Of a DNA stretch of 64,000 bases, positions 1-13,713 are shown piece by piece. The translations under genes were made by a program, and so were the position numbers. Position 1 is the first letter of the stretch. Each line of letters starts with the position of its first letter. Source of the stretch: Hyaloraphidium curvatum SAG 235-1 (lineage: Eukaryota; Fungi; Monoblepharomycota); contig JAIVFI010000025.1 in assembly GCA_025558095.1 (NCBI GenBank), positions 310,001-374,000 of the forward strand, written 5' to 3'. Under the pieces are notes generated by a model, which saw only the letters and a program-made list of their open reading frames with translations, made no database searches and was not told the origin of the DNA.

Positions 1-1830
1 ATCCGGAAGCAGAAGCGCGAGGAGTCGCTGGCCAAGCGGCGGAATCTGCAGCCCTTTGCTGACTCGGCGTCGGACGCGGAGGATGACGGCTCGGGCTCGC
101 TGATGTCGGGCGGCCAGCTGTCGGACCAGTTGCCGCAGATGGTGTCGGACGTGTTTTCGGAGGACCCGGAACTGCAGCTCCAGGCGACGGCCAAGTTCCG
201 GAAGCTGCTGTCGAAGGAACGGAACCCGCCCATCGAGGAGGTCATCAACTGCGGCGTCATTCCCCGCTTCGTCGAGTTTCTTCGCAGCCCGCATTCTCAA
301 GTTCAGGTGCGCGGCGGCTCCGGACCCGCTTCGAACAGTCTGACCATGGCATTCCAGTTCGAGGCGGCTTGGGCCCTGACCAACATCGCTTCCGGATCTT
401 CGCAACAGACTCAGACCGTGATTGAGCACGGTGCGGTGCCGATCTTTGTTGAACTGCTCCGCTCTCCCGTGCCGGATGTTCGCGAGCAGGTGGGCTGTGC
501 ACTCCGAAACAGCGGCACGTGCTTGACCGGTCATTGGGCAGGCCGTCTGGGCGCTCGGCAACATTGCTGGCGACCACCCTCGCTGCCGCGACTTTGTCCT
601 GGTCGCCGGAGCCCTGAAGCCGCTGCTGGACATCCTGAACGAGCCGACCAACAAGCTATCGATGCTGCGGAACGCGACTTGGACCCTGTCCAACCTCTGC
701 CGCGGCAAGTCCCCGCAGCCGGATTGGAACCAGGTGGGCGTGTGCGGTGCTTTCCCTCGCGTGCACGCATCCTTACGTTGGGCCGCGTCAGATCTCCCCC
801 GCGCTGCCCGTGCTGGCGAAGCTCATTTACGCGAACGACGAGGAGGTCCTCACGGACGCGTGCTGGGCAATCTCCTACCTGTCGGACGGCTCGAACGAAA
901 AGATCCAGGCCGTGATCGAAAGCGGCGTGTGCAGGCGGCTTGTGGAACTTCTCATGTGAGGCGGCCGGCCGATGGGTGCGCGGCGTTCTCATTCTTTCTT
1001 CAGGCACCCGTCGTACACTGTCCAGACCCCGGCGCTCAGGTCGGTCGGAAACATCGTGACCGGAGACGACGTGCAGACCCAGGTGGTGGTCAACTGCGGG
1101 GCCCTGCAAGCGTTGCTCGCGCTGCTGGCTAGCCCTAAGGACGGCATCAGGAAGGAGGCCTGCTGGACCATCTCCAACATCACCGCGGGCAACCCGAACC
1201 AGATCCAGGTACTGCACTGTTGTCTCGACTGGCTTACAGCTCCTCACTCCTTGTCCTGCAGGCCGTCATCGATGCCAACCTGATACCGCCACTGATCGAC
1301 ATCCTCCAGCATGGGGACTTCAAAACAAAGAAGGAAGCCTGCTGGGCGATTTCCAACGCGACTTCGGGGGGTCTGGCGCGGCCGGAGCAGATCCGGTATC
1401 TCGTCAGCCAGGGTTGCATCAAGCCGCTGTGCGACCTACTCGTGTCCGGCGACAACAAGATCATCCAGGTCGCGCTCGATGGGCTGGAGAACATCCTCAA
1501 GGTCGGCGAGATCGACAAGCCGCAGACAGAGGGCGTGAACCGGATGGCGCTCTACATCGAGGAGTGCGGAGGCATGGAGAAGATTCACCAGCTGCAGATC
1601 CACGACAACGTGGAGATCTACAAAAAGGCTTACGGGATCATCGACAAGTACTTCAACGACGAGGACGAGGACACTGGCCTGGCCCCGGACGTGGACCAGT
1701 CGACCGGCCAGTTTGCCTTCCCCTCGGACGGGATGATGAACATTCCGCAGGTGCGTCTGCGGTGCGGATTGCAGGGATGTCCCTCACGGTTTCGCTCCCC
1801 ATCCAGGGCGGCTTCCAATTCAACCAATGA
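1..1830 (+). CDS. SRP1: Importin subunit alpha (karyopherin alpha), 5'-truncated by window, multi-exon
   Basis: IBB tail ([14 protein letters not shown]), ARM repeats ([56 protein letters not shown]), C-terminal GGFQF; several ~50-nt GT-AG introns; TGA at 1828-1830. Confidence 0.95.
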
Positions 1831-2182
1831 GCGATGCCAGGCGTGCCGGCAGAGCGCAGCCGGCGCGCGGCGGAATCTTGGTCTGCTGCATGGACATGCT
1901 GTCGCCTCTCGGGTCCCCAACCCCCCACTCCTCCCCCCCTCCCTCCCCTCCCCTTGGGATAGAACCTGGTATATGGCTGTACAATTCAAAAGAAGCATTT
2001 CGCGCCACAAACCTTCGTTCCCGGTGGCCGTCGTGTGAAGGTAGCCCGGACCGCCCGGACCCCCGCACAAGAATCAGCCAGGCTGGCCATCGCGCAATCA
2101 GTTTTCTCCGGCAATCATCGGCCCGGCGGCAAACCCGGGGTCTTTGTTCCTACAACCCCATCGCCAGAGAAAAGCGGCCGAA

Positions 2183-5100
2183 ATGCCGCCTCAGCGGGTT
2201 TCCGGCGGCGCATCGCTGCTGGTTGCCTACAACCTCGCGGGCAAGTCGGTGCTCGTCGTCGGCGGCTCGGCGACCGCGGCATCGCGGGTGTTCGCAGCCC
2301 TCGAGGCCGATGCCGGCCACGTCACGGTCGTCGCCCCCGCGGACGAGCTGTGCGCGGAGCTCGCAGCGCGCGCCCGTGCCAAGGAGGTCACGCACATTCC
2401 CCGCGACTTTGACGAGGCCAAGGACCTCGCCGCAGCCGACGACATCAAGGGCGTGGTCTTTGTCGCCCTCGAGGACTCGGTCCGCTCCAAGCAAGTCGCG
2501 ATGGCCTGCCGCAAGCGCAAGATTCCCGTGCACTGCTCCGGCTTCCCGGAGTACTCGGACTTCTTCTTGACAGCGACGTTCCGGGATCATTCTCTTCAGA
2601 TTTCCGTGAGCTCGGGAGGCAACGGGCCCACGCTGGCCAACCGGGTGCGCAACCACATCGCTGCGACTCTGCCCCCCTCGGTCGGCAAGGCGATGCAGCG
2701 ACTGAGCGTCCTGCGCCAGAAGTGGGAGACGAGACGCTGTGGTTCATGATCCCGACTCACCTCCGGGCTTGGCAGATTGCGCGAGGCCGACCATCTCACG
2801 GGCGCCGAACGCAGTGCCCTGCTGCGCCATGTCTCGGAGGAATGGCCGTTCGACCAGATCGCCCAGCTCTCTGACCTCCAGATCGCGGACCTCGTGGAGG
2901 GGGTCGACAAGCGCCTCTCTTCGGTGCTTCGCGCGAAGGGCCGGGTGCAGATCGTCGAGGCCACCACGGACAACATCGAGAATCTGACTTTGGGAGCCTA
3001 CCGCGCCCTTGCGAGTGGGTTGCGTTTGTCTCTCCGGAACGTTGGCGATCTTGACTTATCATGGCCCGTCAGACCCCGACTCGCTTGTGCTGGCCGCTCC
3101 TGGCACATCGGATGATATTCTTGCGGCTGTGTCCGGAGATCTCGTTGTGGTCAAGGACGGTCCGGCCGAAGCCGAACCCAAGATCGCGGCTGCGCTCGAG
3201 GCTGGCCGCAACGCCGTTTGGCTTGCCAAGGGCGCCTCCAAAAGTGTGGAGCTGCAGAAGTGGCTCGAGTCCAAAGGTTTCGAGCACACGGTGGGCCACG
3301 CTCTTTGGACTTATGCCAGTCAGGGAACTGATCCCAATCCGGCAGGCATTTGCGGCTCCGGAGGCCGTGCCTCGTTCGGTCCCCGCAAGCTCAAAAGCGG
3401 TCGTGGACACTTTGGAAGCTGCAGCACTGGCTCGCACCGGTCCGGTGGAGATCATGTCGGGGAACGCGGCCGTGGAGGCTGCGGTTGCGGCACTGAACGA
3501 CCAGATCTTCATTCACCCGCTGTCTCCCGCGGACTATCTCGGGGAAGGAATCACGGCGGCTGTCCAGAATGTCTTTGGCCGGTCGGTGAGGCCCGTCGTG
3601 AGGTCGACGAAGCTTGGTGCTGGGAACGGTTTCTTTGGCGCCCTGATGGCTGGATCCAAGGCGGCTTGCCTCACTTCTGGACAGGTCCTGCCTATGATGC
3701 TGCCGGTTAGTCTGGGTCTCCGTGGATTTCCGCGTATCGAAGCTTACGCCGGCTTCTGTGCAGGCCCTGTACGACATCGCCCTTCAGTGTCACCACGGCG
3801 CGGTGATCCACGCCACCGCCGACGTGATCGGAGAGGACCTCATCCGCCGTTCGGACTACTCGGACGTCCTCGGGGCCGCAGCGTCCGGCTTTGCGCTCCT
3901 CACGTCCCACTCTGTGCAGGAGGCCTATGACATGGCCATCGCTGCGCAGCTTGCGGCGGCAAGGTCGGGGGGCTCGGTGTTGCACGTCGTGGACGGCGGC
4001 CGCATTGCCCAGCAGCACTCGCAAGTGGTCAAACTTCCGCGCGAGGCCCTCGTCAGCGAGCTCGACAAGGCTGCCAAGGACGGCAAGGCACCGTTTGGAA
4101 AGGCGCTCGATGCCGTCTTCGCGGACCTGGAGAGCCACTTCGGCAAGAGGTACAGGGCGATCGAATACGCCGGTAACAAGAACCCCAAGGTGGTTGTGCT
4201 TCATGATGGAAGATCTGCGCTGACGTTTCTGCGCAGCTGGTCTACGTCGCGCTCGGAAGCGACGCCGCAGTTTTCGAGGACGCGGTCGTCAAGTCGTCGG
4301 TCCCCGCCGGCATCGTCAAGATCCGCCTTTACCGGCCCTTAGACGCCGCGGCCCTCCTCGCTGCGATCCCCGGCTCGGCGGAGAAGATTGTGGTCTGGGA
4401 CTCGGTGCTGGACGGCAACGCTTATCTCTACAAGGATGTGGCTGCTACGCTCGCGCGCCAGAGGTCAAATTTAGGCCTCATCCGGTTGAGCAACGCCAGC
4501 GGCAAGGCCCTGACGCCGTCGGCGATCATCGGCGCCACGAAGGTCCTTCTCCGCGGCTCGAAAACGGTCTTGGCCGCCGACCTGGCCGACTTTGCCGAGG
4601 AGGAGGTCGTGCCGGAGGGCGGCGAGTACCTCTTCTGGGGCACATCGGACATCAACATCGATCGAGTTACCGGTCAGATCGCGGCGCAGACGGCCCCTGA
4701 TGTCAGCACCCGCTTCCTTTCGCACGACGCCCTTTTGCCGACCGTTGTTTCTCGCGCCGAGCTCCGCATTGGCGGGCCCGAGGTCGCCGCCCCCGCCGCC
4801 TACCCCGTCTCCGCCGCGGACATTACTTTCGTGCTTGCGGACTCTGTTTGGGCTGGTTACGACGTTGTTGCCGACGCCAAAGACGGCGGTATCGTTGTCT
4901 TCAACACCGCGCTCAGCGACGAGGACCTGGACCAGGCCTTGCCTCTCGCCACCAAGAAAGCCATTGCAGCAAGGAGGCTCAAGGTGCTCGCCGTGGACGC
5001 CACCCAGATAGCGAAGAACTACACGATCTTCGTCGGCAAGCCCGAGGCGTATCTCGAGTTGATCCTCCGCGGGCTGTTCTCCCACTTGCGTTCGGACAAG

Positions 5101-6703
5101 GACGGTGCCCAGTTCATGCAGCGCATCCGCGAGGAGCTCTTGGCTGTCGAGACGAACTTCACCGTCTTGAGGACCAAGATCTCCGCCGTGGCGAGGGCCG
5201 TACGCGAGCTTCGGACCGTGAAGGCTTTCACCGTGGAGCAGGATGCAGAGGGCCAGCAACCGCTGAAGCGCAACGTGGACGGCACCATTCGGCTCGACGG
5301 TCCGCAGATCAACTTCGGCGACGACGAGGACGAGTCGGGCAAGTTTGCGGCGCACAAGTCGCACGTCGCCGCCTGGAACATCATTTTCCGCGAGTCGCTG
5401 AGGATGGACGATACCGTGGGTTGCGAATCGAGCTTCTTGGTCCGCTGCGCCTCCTGAACCGTGCCAACGTAGTCGATGCGCCCCGATGTGGCCGAGGCCC
5501 AGGTTGCCACCGTCACCACCAACGTCCGCGTCACCCCCGAGTCGTACGATCGCAACATCTTCCACATGGAGATCGACATTTCCAAGACCAACCTCAAGTA
5601 CCAGATGGGCGACGCCCTTGCGGTGCACGGTCTCAACGACGAGAAGGAGGTGGCCGAGTTCCTTTCCGACTACGGCGTCCGCCCCGACGACGTGGTCGTC
5701 ATGCGCCGGAGAAACGCGGCGGGCAAGGAAGTCAGCGACACGGTCACTGCCCGCCAGCTCTTCACCATGTACCTGGACGTCTTCGGCAAGCCGGCCAAAA
5801 AGTTCTACCAGGATCTCTCGGCGTTCGCCAAGGATCCCGACGAGAAGCGCACGCTTCGGTGGCTCGGATCTTCGGACGGAGAGGCCGAGTTCAAGCGCCG
5901 CGCCGACTTGTTGTACAGCTACGCGGATGTCTTGCTGGAGTTCAAGTCGGCCAGGGTCCCGCTCGGCGACCTCGCGCGGATCATTCCCTTCACGAAGCCG
6001 CGGGCGTACTCCATCTCTTCCTCGGCTTCGATGCATCCCACGAGCGTCCATCTGCTGGTCGTGCTGGTCGACTGGCCTGGCAAGGACGGCAAGATGCGCC
6101 ACGGGCAGTGCAGCCACTACCTCGCCAACATCCGGCCCGGTCAGCCGATCATTGTTTCGCTGACGCCGTCGGTCATGAAGCTTCCGGCGGACCCCAGCAC
6201 GCCCGTCATCATGGCCGGCCTCGGTACGGGGATGGCTCCCTTCCGCGCCTTTGTGCAGGAGCGCGAGTACATGCGCAACGAAGGGGCCAATGTCGGGGAC
6301 ATGTCCCTCTACTTTGGATCGCGCCACCGCGCCATGGAGTGGCTGTACGGCGAGGAACTGGAGGTGTACCATTCGGACGGTCTCCTCACGGACCTCAGGC
6401 TGGCCTTTTCGAGGGATCAGGCGAGGAAGGTATACATCCAGCACAAGATTTCGGAGGACGGCGATCGCCTCTTTGATCTGCTCACCCGGCAGAAGGGACA
6501 CTTCTACTTGTGCGGACCGGTGGGTTGCTGTTGCTTCGGTCCGTGTCTTCGTAACCTGACCGCTTTCGTAGACCTGGCCCGTCCCGGACATAAAGGCTGC
6601 GCTGATCAAGGCGTTTGTCAAGAACGGCTACACCGCGGAGTCGGCCGAGGAGTACCTCGACGAGCTGAAGGAAAGGGGTGCTTACGTGCTGGAAGTGTAC
6701 TAG
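2183..6703 (+). CDS. MET10: Fusion of siroheme synthase-like N-terminus (Met8/CysG dehydrogenase-ferrochelatase plus degenerate methyltransferase remnant) with sulfite reductase flavoprotein alpha subunit (Met10-like)
   Basis: N-terminal SLLVAYNLAGKSVLVVGG...LQISVSSGGNGPTLANRVR (Met8-like); POR-like GFALLTSHSVQEAYDMA and KIRLYRPL; FAD/NAD-binding RAYSISSS, MAGLGTGMAPFRAF, LYFGSRH, FYLCGP, C-terminal YVLEVY*; exons join in frame across GT-AG introns. Confidence 0.85.
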
Positions 6704-7053
6704 ACGCTGTGGGTTCGACTAGACCCGTAGCTATTGACCAGTTGAGAGATCGGAGATTGCCGGACGTCCTTTTTCAAGCTCCCGCTTGACGTCATGTTTC
6801 GACTTCCCCTTGTTGGTCCTGAGGCACCATGCCAGATCGATCGCAACCGCAAGGAATGTGAACAGCCCGCGGCGCTGCCAAGGAGATGGAGCCAGTCTTC
6901 AAATACATAGTTCTGGCAAAGCGACAGAAATCGGGGTTTGATGGCCGAAACCATTTAGTGAAGTCATCGATCGATCGGGCGCTTAGTCTCGTGCTTCGCG
7001 CACCGTCGCCGCGAACCGCCAACGAGCCGAAGCGGGGCCTCGCGTCCGGCAAA

Positions 7054-10000
7054 ATGTTCTACAACGCGGATATTCTCACAAGGAAGAAGGGCACCGGCGC
7101 GTTCGGTGAGGGCGGTGCTGCGAAGTCGCGGCGCATTTAAACCGACTTCTCTGTGCTCCTCGCGCTCCCCGCGAGCTCAGGCGTCATTTGGTAGGCAGAA
7201 CCGACACTGTTTCGTTATTTGCACGAGCTTAGGCACGGGAACCGCCGAATCAGGCTCGCGGCGACGCTGGGACCCCGGTCCTCCTACAAGAAGCTCTCGA
7301 AGCGCGAAGTGAACGCGGTCGATGTCCCGGGAGCATGCGCATACCTTCAAGCGCCTCCGGAGCCGATGGCCCTGAGGCTCACTTCGTCGCTCATGGTCGG
7401 CCTCAGCCGCGTTTTGCAGCAGCAGGTGGGCAAGATTTGGAGGCGCCGATCTTGTCCGTGACTGATGCAGCCGCGACTCCGCTAGTACACGTTCTACTAC
7501 AACGGTGCCCCTCTTTCCGTGGAAGAGAGGCGCTCGAGTTGCTAATCTCCGTGGGGTGCAGATGTCCAAGGAACCTACCACAAACTCAAGCGCTCGTTTC
7601 TGTCCCTCAGCGAGGAGGAGATAAACATGCAGATGGTCGAGGCCAAGTACGATGCAATCACTCTCGAGCTGGAAGACGAGCTTCGCTTGGACATGGAGTA
7701 TCGGCCCCCCAAAACGCTGGCTGCAGGCAAGAAGCCGCAACCAGGGCTTCAGGTTCGCGCCGCTATGTGGAGGCCTCACGTGATGCTCACTCCCACACTC
7801 GGACAGTTGGAGCTCGTCGACTACGATATGCTGATGAATCCGGAACTCAACAGCCTGTCCCAGGATTCGTCGCGTGAGCACCTGTGGCGTACCTTTTACA
7901 TCAGAGCTAACTGTGTACATAACTCGCTTCCAGTGGCCGCCGCAAAGAAGCGCCACACTCTTCCCGGGGTTGACGTATTCTCGGCTACTCGCTCCAGTTT
8001 CCGCGGAGGTGCTCTCGGCGATGGGCTCGACAACTCGACGAACATGGATGCGCTGTCCGCGGCGCTCGATCTGCGCGAGGGATCTGCACGCAAGTCCGGA
8101 TTGGGCGGAAGAGCAGGCTCGAAGGAACGCTCCCTCATGCAAAACGACTACTTCGTCATGGAAGATCCCCTGATGAACGATGCAGGTTTCGATCTCTTCG
8201 GACCGGATCTGGGCGACGTCGACTTTGCTGCCATGGTTGCCGAGGACCACGCCGACGCGCGCCAGAACGCAAAGAAACGCCGCCGCGATTGGAAAACGGG
8301 CGCAGAGGAAGAGGTCAGTCGCCCGGCCCATCCGATTCCGTGGCTGATTGGCCGATCGCCAGGACGAGGATGAGGACAAGGAGAATCGCAACAACGGGCA
8401 AGAACCTGGCATGCTCGACGACAGCGTCATGCAACACGTCGATTCCAACGGCTTCTTCGACACCCAGGAAAGACAGAGGCCTCTGTCGGACATCCCGGCC
8501 GGGAGCTTGCCCGATGAGAAAGATGCATCCTCCGCGCAGGAAAACGTCAACAAAAGGGCGCGCAAGAAGAAGAAGCTCAGCCTCACGATCCGGGCAGACG
8601 AGGTGGGATGCACAGCGGCGGCGGCCCTCATGCATTCGTGGTTTGAACTAGAGCGGCAGAAAACGGACCTGACGAACATCGAGCTGCTCGGCCACATCAA
8701 GAAGTATGGCGGTGATCTTGCCCGCTTCCTCTTCGACGAGACGGCTTTCCAGGTCATGATCAAGGTTCGACAACTTGCCTGTCAATCTTTCGGGCACCCG
8801 AAGATGTTGATCGTCCCTTGGCCACAGGAACGGAAGGAGCAACAGACGCTTGAGCTGAAGAAGCTCCTTTCCGACGTGCCGGCGAAAGGTGAAGATTGCG
8901 GGCCTCGCAGAGCTCAATCCGCCTGACCGCTCCTTTTGCAGTGCCGCAGGAGATCCGCGAGATGTGGAACGAAGTCGTCATTGGGGAGAACAGGTCCAGG
9001 GGTAGGTGCGACGAACGCTTTGAACCCCCGTATCCTGACAACCCTTGGGCCCGTAAGAGTACCAGGCCATGCTGCTTGCGCCCAAGACAAAGAAGAAGAG
9101 GAACGCCAAGCGAGCTGCAGCGGGGGAGGAAGGTCCTGGAAACGCCAAGAGAGCGAAGGGTAGGTGCCTGATTCAAAAGGATTGGTTTTGAATTTCCTGA
9201 CCGCAATCAACTGCAGCGGATCACCGTGATGGAGCGCTGGATGTCGATTTCGCCCCGCAGCCCTTTGACGAGCTGCCAGTGGGTACAGCCATCTGCAAAG
9301 CATCAGGCAGCTCATGCATGGCCACCGCCATCGCAGCTCGACATCGAAATCGAAGCCGGCAGGGCCGAGGACCGCCCTTCCCTGCACTCGAGCGTCCGCG
9401 ACACCCCGCTTGCCCGCCTCGCGCCTTGGGAACGCTCGGCCGACTCCACCAACCGCGCCGGGTTCCCGTCGGTTTCGTCCAAGGACCGCTCCAGCTTCCT
9501 CGCCGGAGGGCTGGACCTCTTTGGCGCCGGCGATGCGTGGAGCGCATCCAAGGGCAGCTCGGGCAGGCCGTCGGCTTTCGGGCCGGGCTTCGACTTTGAG
9601 TCTGCCGACAGGTTCTCCATCAACCAGGACATCGGGAGGCCCGAGGGCATCGGGATCGGTCGGTTCCCGATGCATGTGCCGTTCCTCCGAAGCACCTCTG
9701 ATGGATGCATGTCCCGCAGAAGGCGATCTGTTTGACGAGGACCAGATCAAGAAGGCGCAGATGTCCACGGTGGAGAAAGAACAGCAAGGCCTCCTCACGT
9801 GGGCACCGCATGCACGCATCCGCTCCCGTCGGCTGATCGCACCGCCCAAAAGCTACATGAAAGACGTCGCCCGCGCCGCCGGCACCAGCTACGTGTACTT
9901 TGCCGACATCGTGCCCAAGAAGTTCGCCACCGCTCAGACGGCAGCGAACGCGTTCTTTTACGTGCTCGCGATGACGACGAGGGACATCCTCGACGTGTGG

Positions 10001-10097
10001 GTGGTCGCGGGCCATGTGTTGCTGGCGCTCACGCGTCTCCCACAGGACCCAAGAAGAGCCTTACGGCGACATACGAATCGAGATTCGCGCCGAGTGA
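7054..10097 (+). CDS. Rad21/Rec8 family kleisin cohesin subunit (Rec8-like), multi-exon
   Basis: N-terminal MFYNADILTRK..G VIW LAATLG...PMALRLTSSLMVGLSRV; C-terminal winged helix AANAFFYVLAM...QEEPYGDIRI*. Confidence 0.8.
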
Positions 10098-10427
10098 CGA
10101 TACCATCGCAAAGCTTATTCATCGGATACCATAATGGATGCCTGTTTCTCTGCTATGATGTTCGGATTGGGATGCAACGCTCTGCGTCGAAGTGTTCACT
10201 AGATGTTGAACGAAACAAGGGCAGACGACTAGACGAGCGGCTGCGCTGTCCGCATCGGACTTGCCGAGGTGAATGCAAAAGAAAGCGCGTGTGAGACTGG
10301 CGGCGGCGGCGGCCGGTGGCGGCTTGGGTGGGGCGCGGCGCGGCGAGCGGGTTGGCGTACATCGTACATCGTCCGATCGCGGGCCCGACGAACGTCTACC
10401 GCCCATCAAGCAGCAAATACACGTCCC

Positions 10428-11802
10428 CTACCGCTTCGCGGCCTCCTGCCCCACGGTGTACCCGCCGAGCTTGGTCCACTCGATCTTGGACTTTGTCACG
10501 GGCAGCGCTCTGCGCAGGGCCTTGAAGGTGGTGTCGGAGAGCTGCGCGCACGTGTCGTTGAGCGAGGCCTGGAACTCGGCCTCGGAGGAGGAGACGAGCT
10601 TGACGAGGGATTTCCAGGACTGGGCGGGGTCCTTGATGGGCGAGACGAGGGTTGGGGCAACGCGGCGGCGAAAAGGAGGGTCCAGGGAGGGCACGACCAA
10701 GTCAGCACCCATGAACAGCCAAAGCGAGCAGAGCCACGCACGGAGGAGGGGGAGAAATCGACCTCGACGTCGCGCGAGGTCTCCAGCTGCACGTTGCCGT
10801 CCTCGTAGTAGTGCACCTGCACCTGCACCTTGCCCCGCAGCTTGCCCGCGCCTTCCTTGGGCACCTTCCAGACCGACCGCCACCGCCCGTTCCTGTCCCG
10901 ATCGCTCAGCGTGTGGTTCGCACGCGGCGGTTTGGCAAGAAGCCCACCAGTAGTTCCCCGGGTTGTACTTGTTGTCCACGATGGCGATCACGAGCTCCGA
11001 GCCCGCCGCAAAGACCGCCGAGACGCCGTTGGGGTAGTGATCTTGGACATAGGCCGTCACTGCGGCCTCCAGGCCCGACCTCGCGCTGCGGGTGCCCGTC
11101 CTTGAGGCACTGCGGAGGCAGGGGGACACGATCGGACCCACCTGTCGTCGGCATCGTCTGCGTCGCCTTCTGCCGGGGGTTCCACGTCGCTCGTGGTCTG
11201 CGGTGCCGGGGGTCAGCGCGAAGCAATCGATCGGACGGGTAAGGGACGCGCACGTGGAGCAGGTGGTCAAAGGCGAAGGTCGTCCGCGTCTTGGGGTCCA
11301 CGAAGCGGACCTCGTCCAGCTCGTTGTACTCCGACACGATGACCTGCGACGCGTCAGCGAATGCCGGGGCACGACCGCGCCCACCGACCTGGTGGTCCAG
11401 GCCGTCGACCGCCGCCACGACCAGCTGCTCCTTGTTGTATGTCGCGACGGCGTCGAGCACCTCCGCATCGAGGTCGTCGTCCTCGCCGAGCAGCACGCGC
11501 ACGTCTGGGGGGCGTTGGCGGGGTCGGGGAGGAGCGGCGGCGCGCGCACCGTTGTACACGTCGTTGAACTCGCCGGGCGGCGCGGCGCGCAGGAAGTCGG
11601 CGGCGACGCCGGCGCGTTTCAGCGCGGACGCCGAGCGCGGCGGGGCGGGCTCGGGCGCGGGCTGCTCGTCGGCCTCCGCCGGACTCTCCGGCGCGTCTTC
11701 CTGCGCGTCCGCCCCGGCGTCCTCGACCGTCTCATCCTCCACGGGTTCAGCCTCGTCCATTTCCGCGTCCTCGGCCTGCTCGGGCCGGTCCTCGTCGTCC
11801 AT
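10428..11802 (-). CDS. CAP1: F-actin capping protein subunit alpha
   Basis: FLRAAPPGEFNDVYN, DNKYNPGNYW, VQVHYYEDGNVQL, TFKALRRALPVTKSKIEW motifs across exons. Confidence 0.93.
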
Positions 11803-12330
11803 CTCGCGTCGGGTGTAATCAGCGAGCTGGAGGTGTCAGGCTGCGACCTCCGAGGCGTCCAAGTCACTGACGCTGGCATGCATTGCCCCAAAGCGCTGGA
11901 ACTGATCATCCACGCCATAAGGAGCTTGCTGATGGTGTCGATGCATTCGAAGCTTGCCGTTTCAACGGGTGACCAGCTGCGCCCGGCCGTCGCCTACTGG
12001 CGCCGCCGTCACGTATCCTTGAAGAGAGCAAGGAAACCAACCAGCTTTAGGTTCGTACGTCCGTGATCGGCATACCGAGACTTGAAGCAGCGCCTATTCT
12101 TGCGTGTTCAGGTACCACCCACTCGTAGAGATCGATCTGTGCTGGGCAACCGCGAGGCCGGATAGAATGCCCCCTGGGAGGAGCAGCTCCGTGGCCAAAC
12201 ATGCCAGGATCGTTCCCGTGGGCATACCGAGGGCATGGCCTCGGGCAGCTCGGTCCGCATCTGCACATATCGGATATCGTTGCATCACAGCCCAAACCTC
12301 TCTCCCGCTCTCCCACCCCGTGACCGAAAA

Positions 12331-13391
12331 ATGTCGAGTCCACGTCGACGCATAGAAGTCCGTTGGGTTGCCGTTGCTTCCCTGGACTGCCCTGACTGAC
12401 CCGGCTCCGCCCTTCGGACCCCCAGACGGACGTCATGAAGCTGTGGGTGCCGCTCGCGTCCCTCCGCCCTCCACCCCTAACTCCCCCCCCAGCCTGATGA
12501 GCGATTACGAGGTGACGCTCGTCAACGACAACATGCAGGAGTTCTACGTGCGGTGCGGGTCCCGGAGCAACCTCCGGCCCGGCCAGCTCACCCCCGCGCT
12601 CCCGACCCGACCCGCTCCCCGCACCCCACACGCCCCTCTTCCAGCTTTCACGGGCCGAAAGACAGTGCGTGTCACCCGTAACTCCCTCGGATAGCCGCCC
12701 CGCCCTCCCTGACGCGTCCCGCCCCGCCCCGCCCCCCGCCAGCGCCCTTCTCCGGCGGCGTCTGGAAGGTATGCATTCGCTCCCCGCTGCGCCCCGCGGA
12801 CCCCCGGAGCCGACCGCCTCGCGCTGCCGCCAGATCCACGTGGAGCTGCCGGACCAGTACCCCTACAAATCGCCGTCGATAGGGTTCATGAACAAGATCT
12901 ACCACCCCAACATCGACGAGCTGTGCGTTCGGTCCCCCCCTGCGCGCGGTGGACGGCCGCTGACCATCTTCGTTGGCTCTACAGGAGCGGATCCGTGTGC
13001 CTGGACGTGATCAACCAGACCTGGAGCCCGATGTTTGGTTTGCATCCTCCCAGCCCGCGTGCTGCTTCTCCCACTGACACCGCGCCCCCAGACATGATCA
13101 ACATCTTCGAGGTCTTCCTACCGCAGCTCCTCCGGTACCCGAATCCGAACGACCCGCTGAACGGCGAGGCGGCGGCGCTGCTGATGCGGGAACCCTCGGC
13201 GTACGACACCAAAGTCCGAGGTGGGCCCCTTCCCGCCCCTTCTTCGGGGAGATCTCACGCGCGCGGCAGACTACGTGACCAAGTACGCCTCCCCCGACGC
13301 CGTGGACGCGACGGCGGGCGAGTCGGACGGGGAGGACTCGAGCATGGAGTCCTTCTCGGACGACGACCAGGCGGCGGACCTGGAGCTGTGA
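12331..13391 (+). CDS. UBC8: Ubiquitin-conjugating enzyme E2 (UBE2H/Ubc8)
   Basis: [73 protein letters not shown]; many micro-exons. Confidence 0.93.
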
Positions 13392-13713
13392 CCGCGGGCT
13401 GCGGTGGCGGAGGACTATACCCACGGGTGCGGTCTCGGGTTCCTTCTTGGTCGGCCGGGGATTGGGAGGGGCGCGGAAGGGGCGGAGGGCTGCAGTGCCG
13501 AAGCGGGCGCGTCCGGTGGCGGAGCGCACGACATCTCGTTCGATTGGTCAATCAGCTATTAGATGAAGCGCTTGGAGAAGTGATCGGGCTGCACATCGGT
13601 CCAGATCGCGGTCCGGGGTGAGCAGATCAGGGGCGAGCGCGGGTGACGGGGACGGGGACGCGTTGCGCAAACCTCCCAAACCTCCGCACCTGCCTCCCCA
13701 CGCCTTGCCAGCC

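Noticed and set aside
4471-6621. 716-aa minus-strand ORF and many similar long antisense/alternate-frame ORFs (e.g. 7177-8763, 4848-6476)
   Set aside because: Shadow ORFs of real genes in GC-rich, codon-biased DNA; no recognisable motifs
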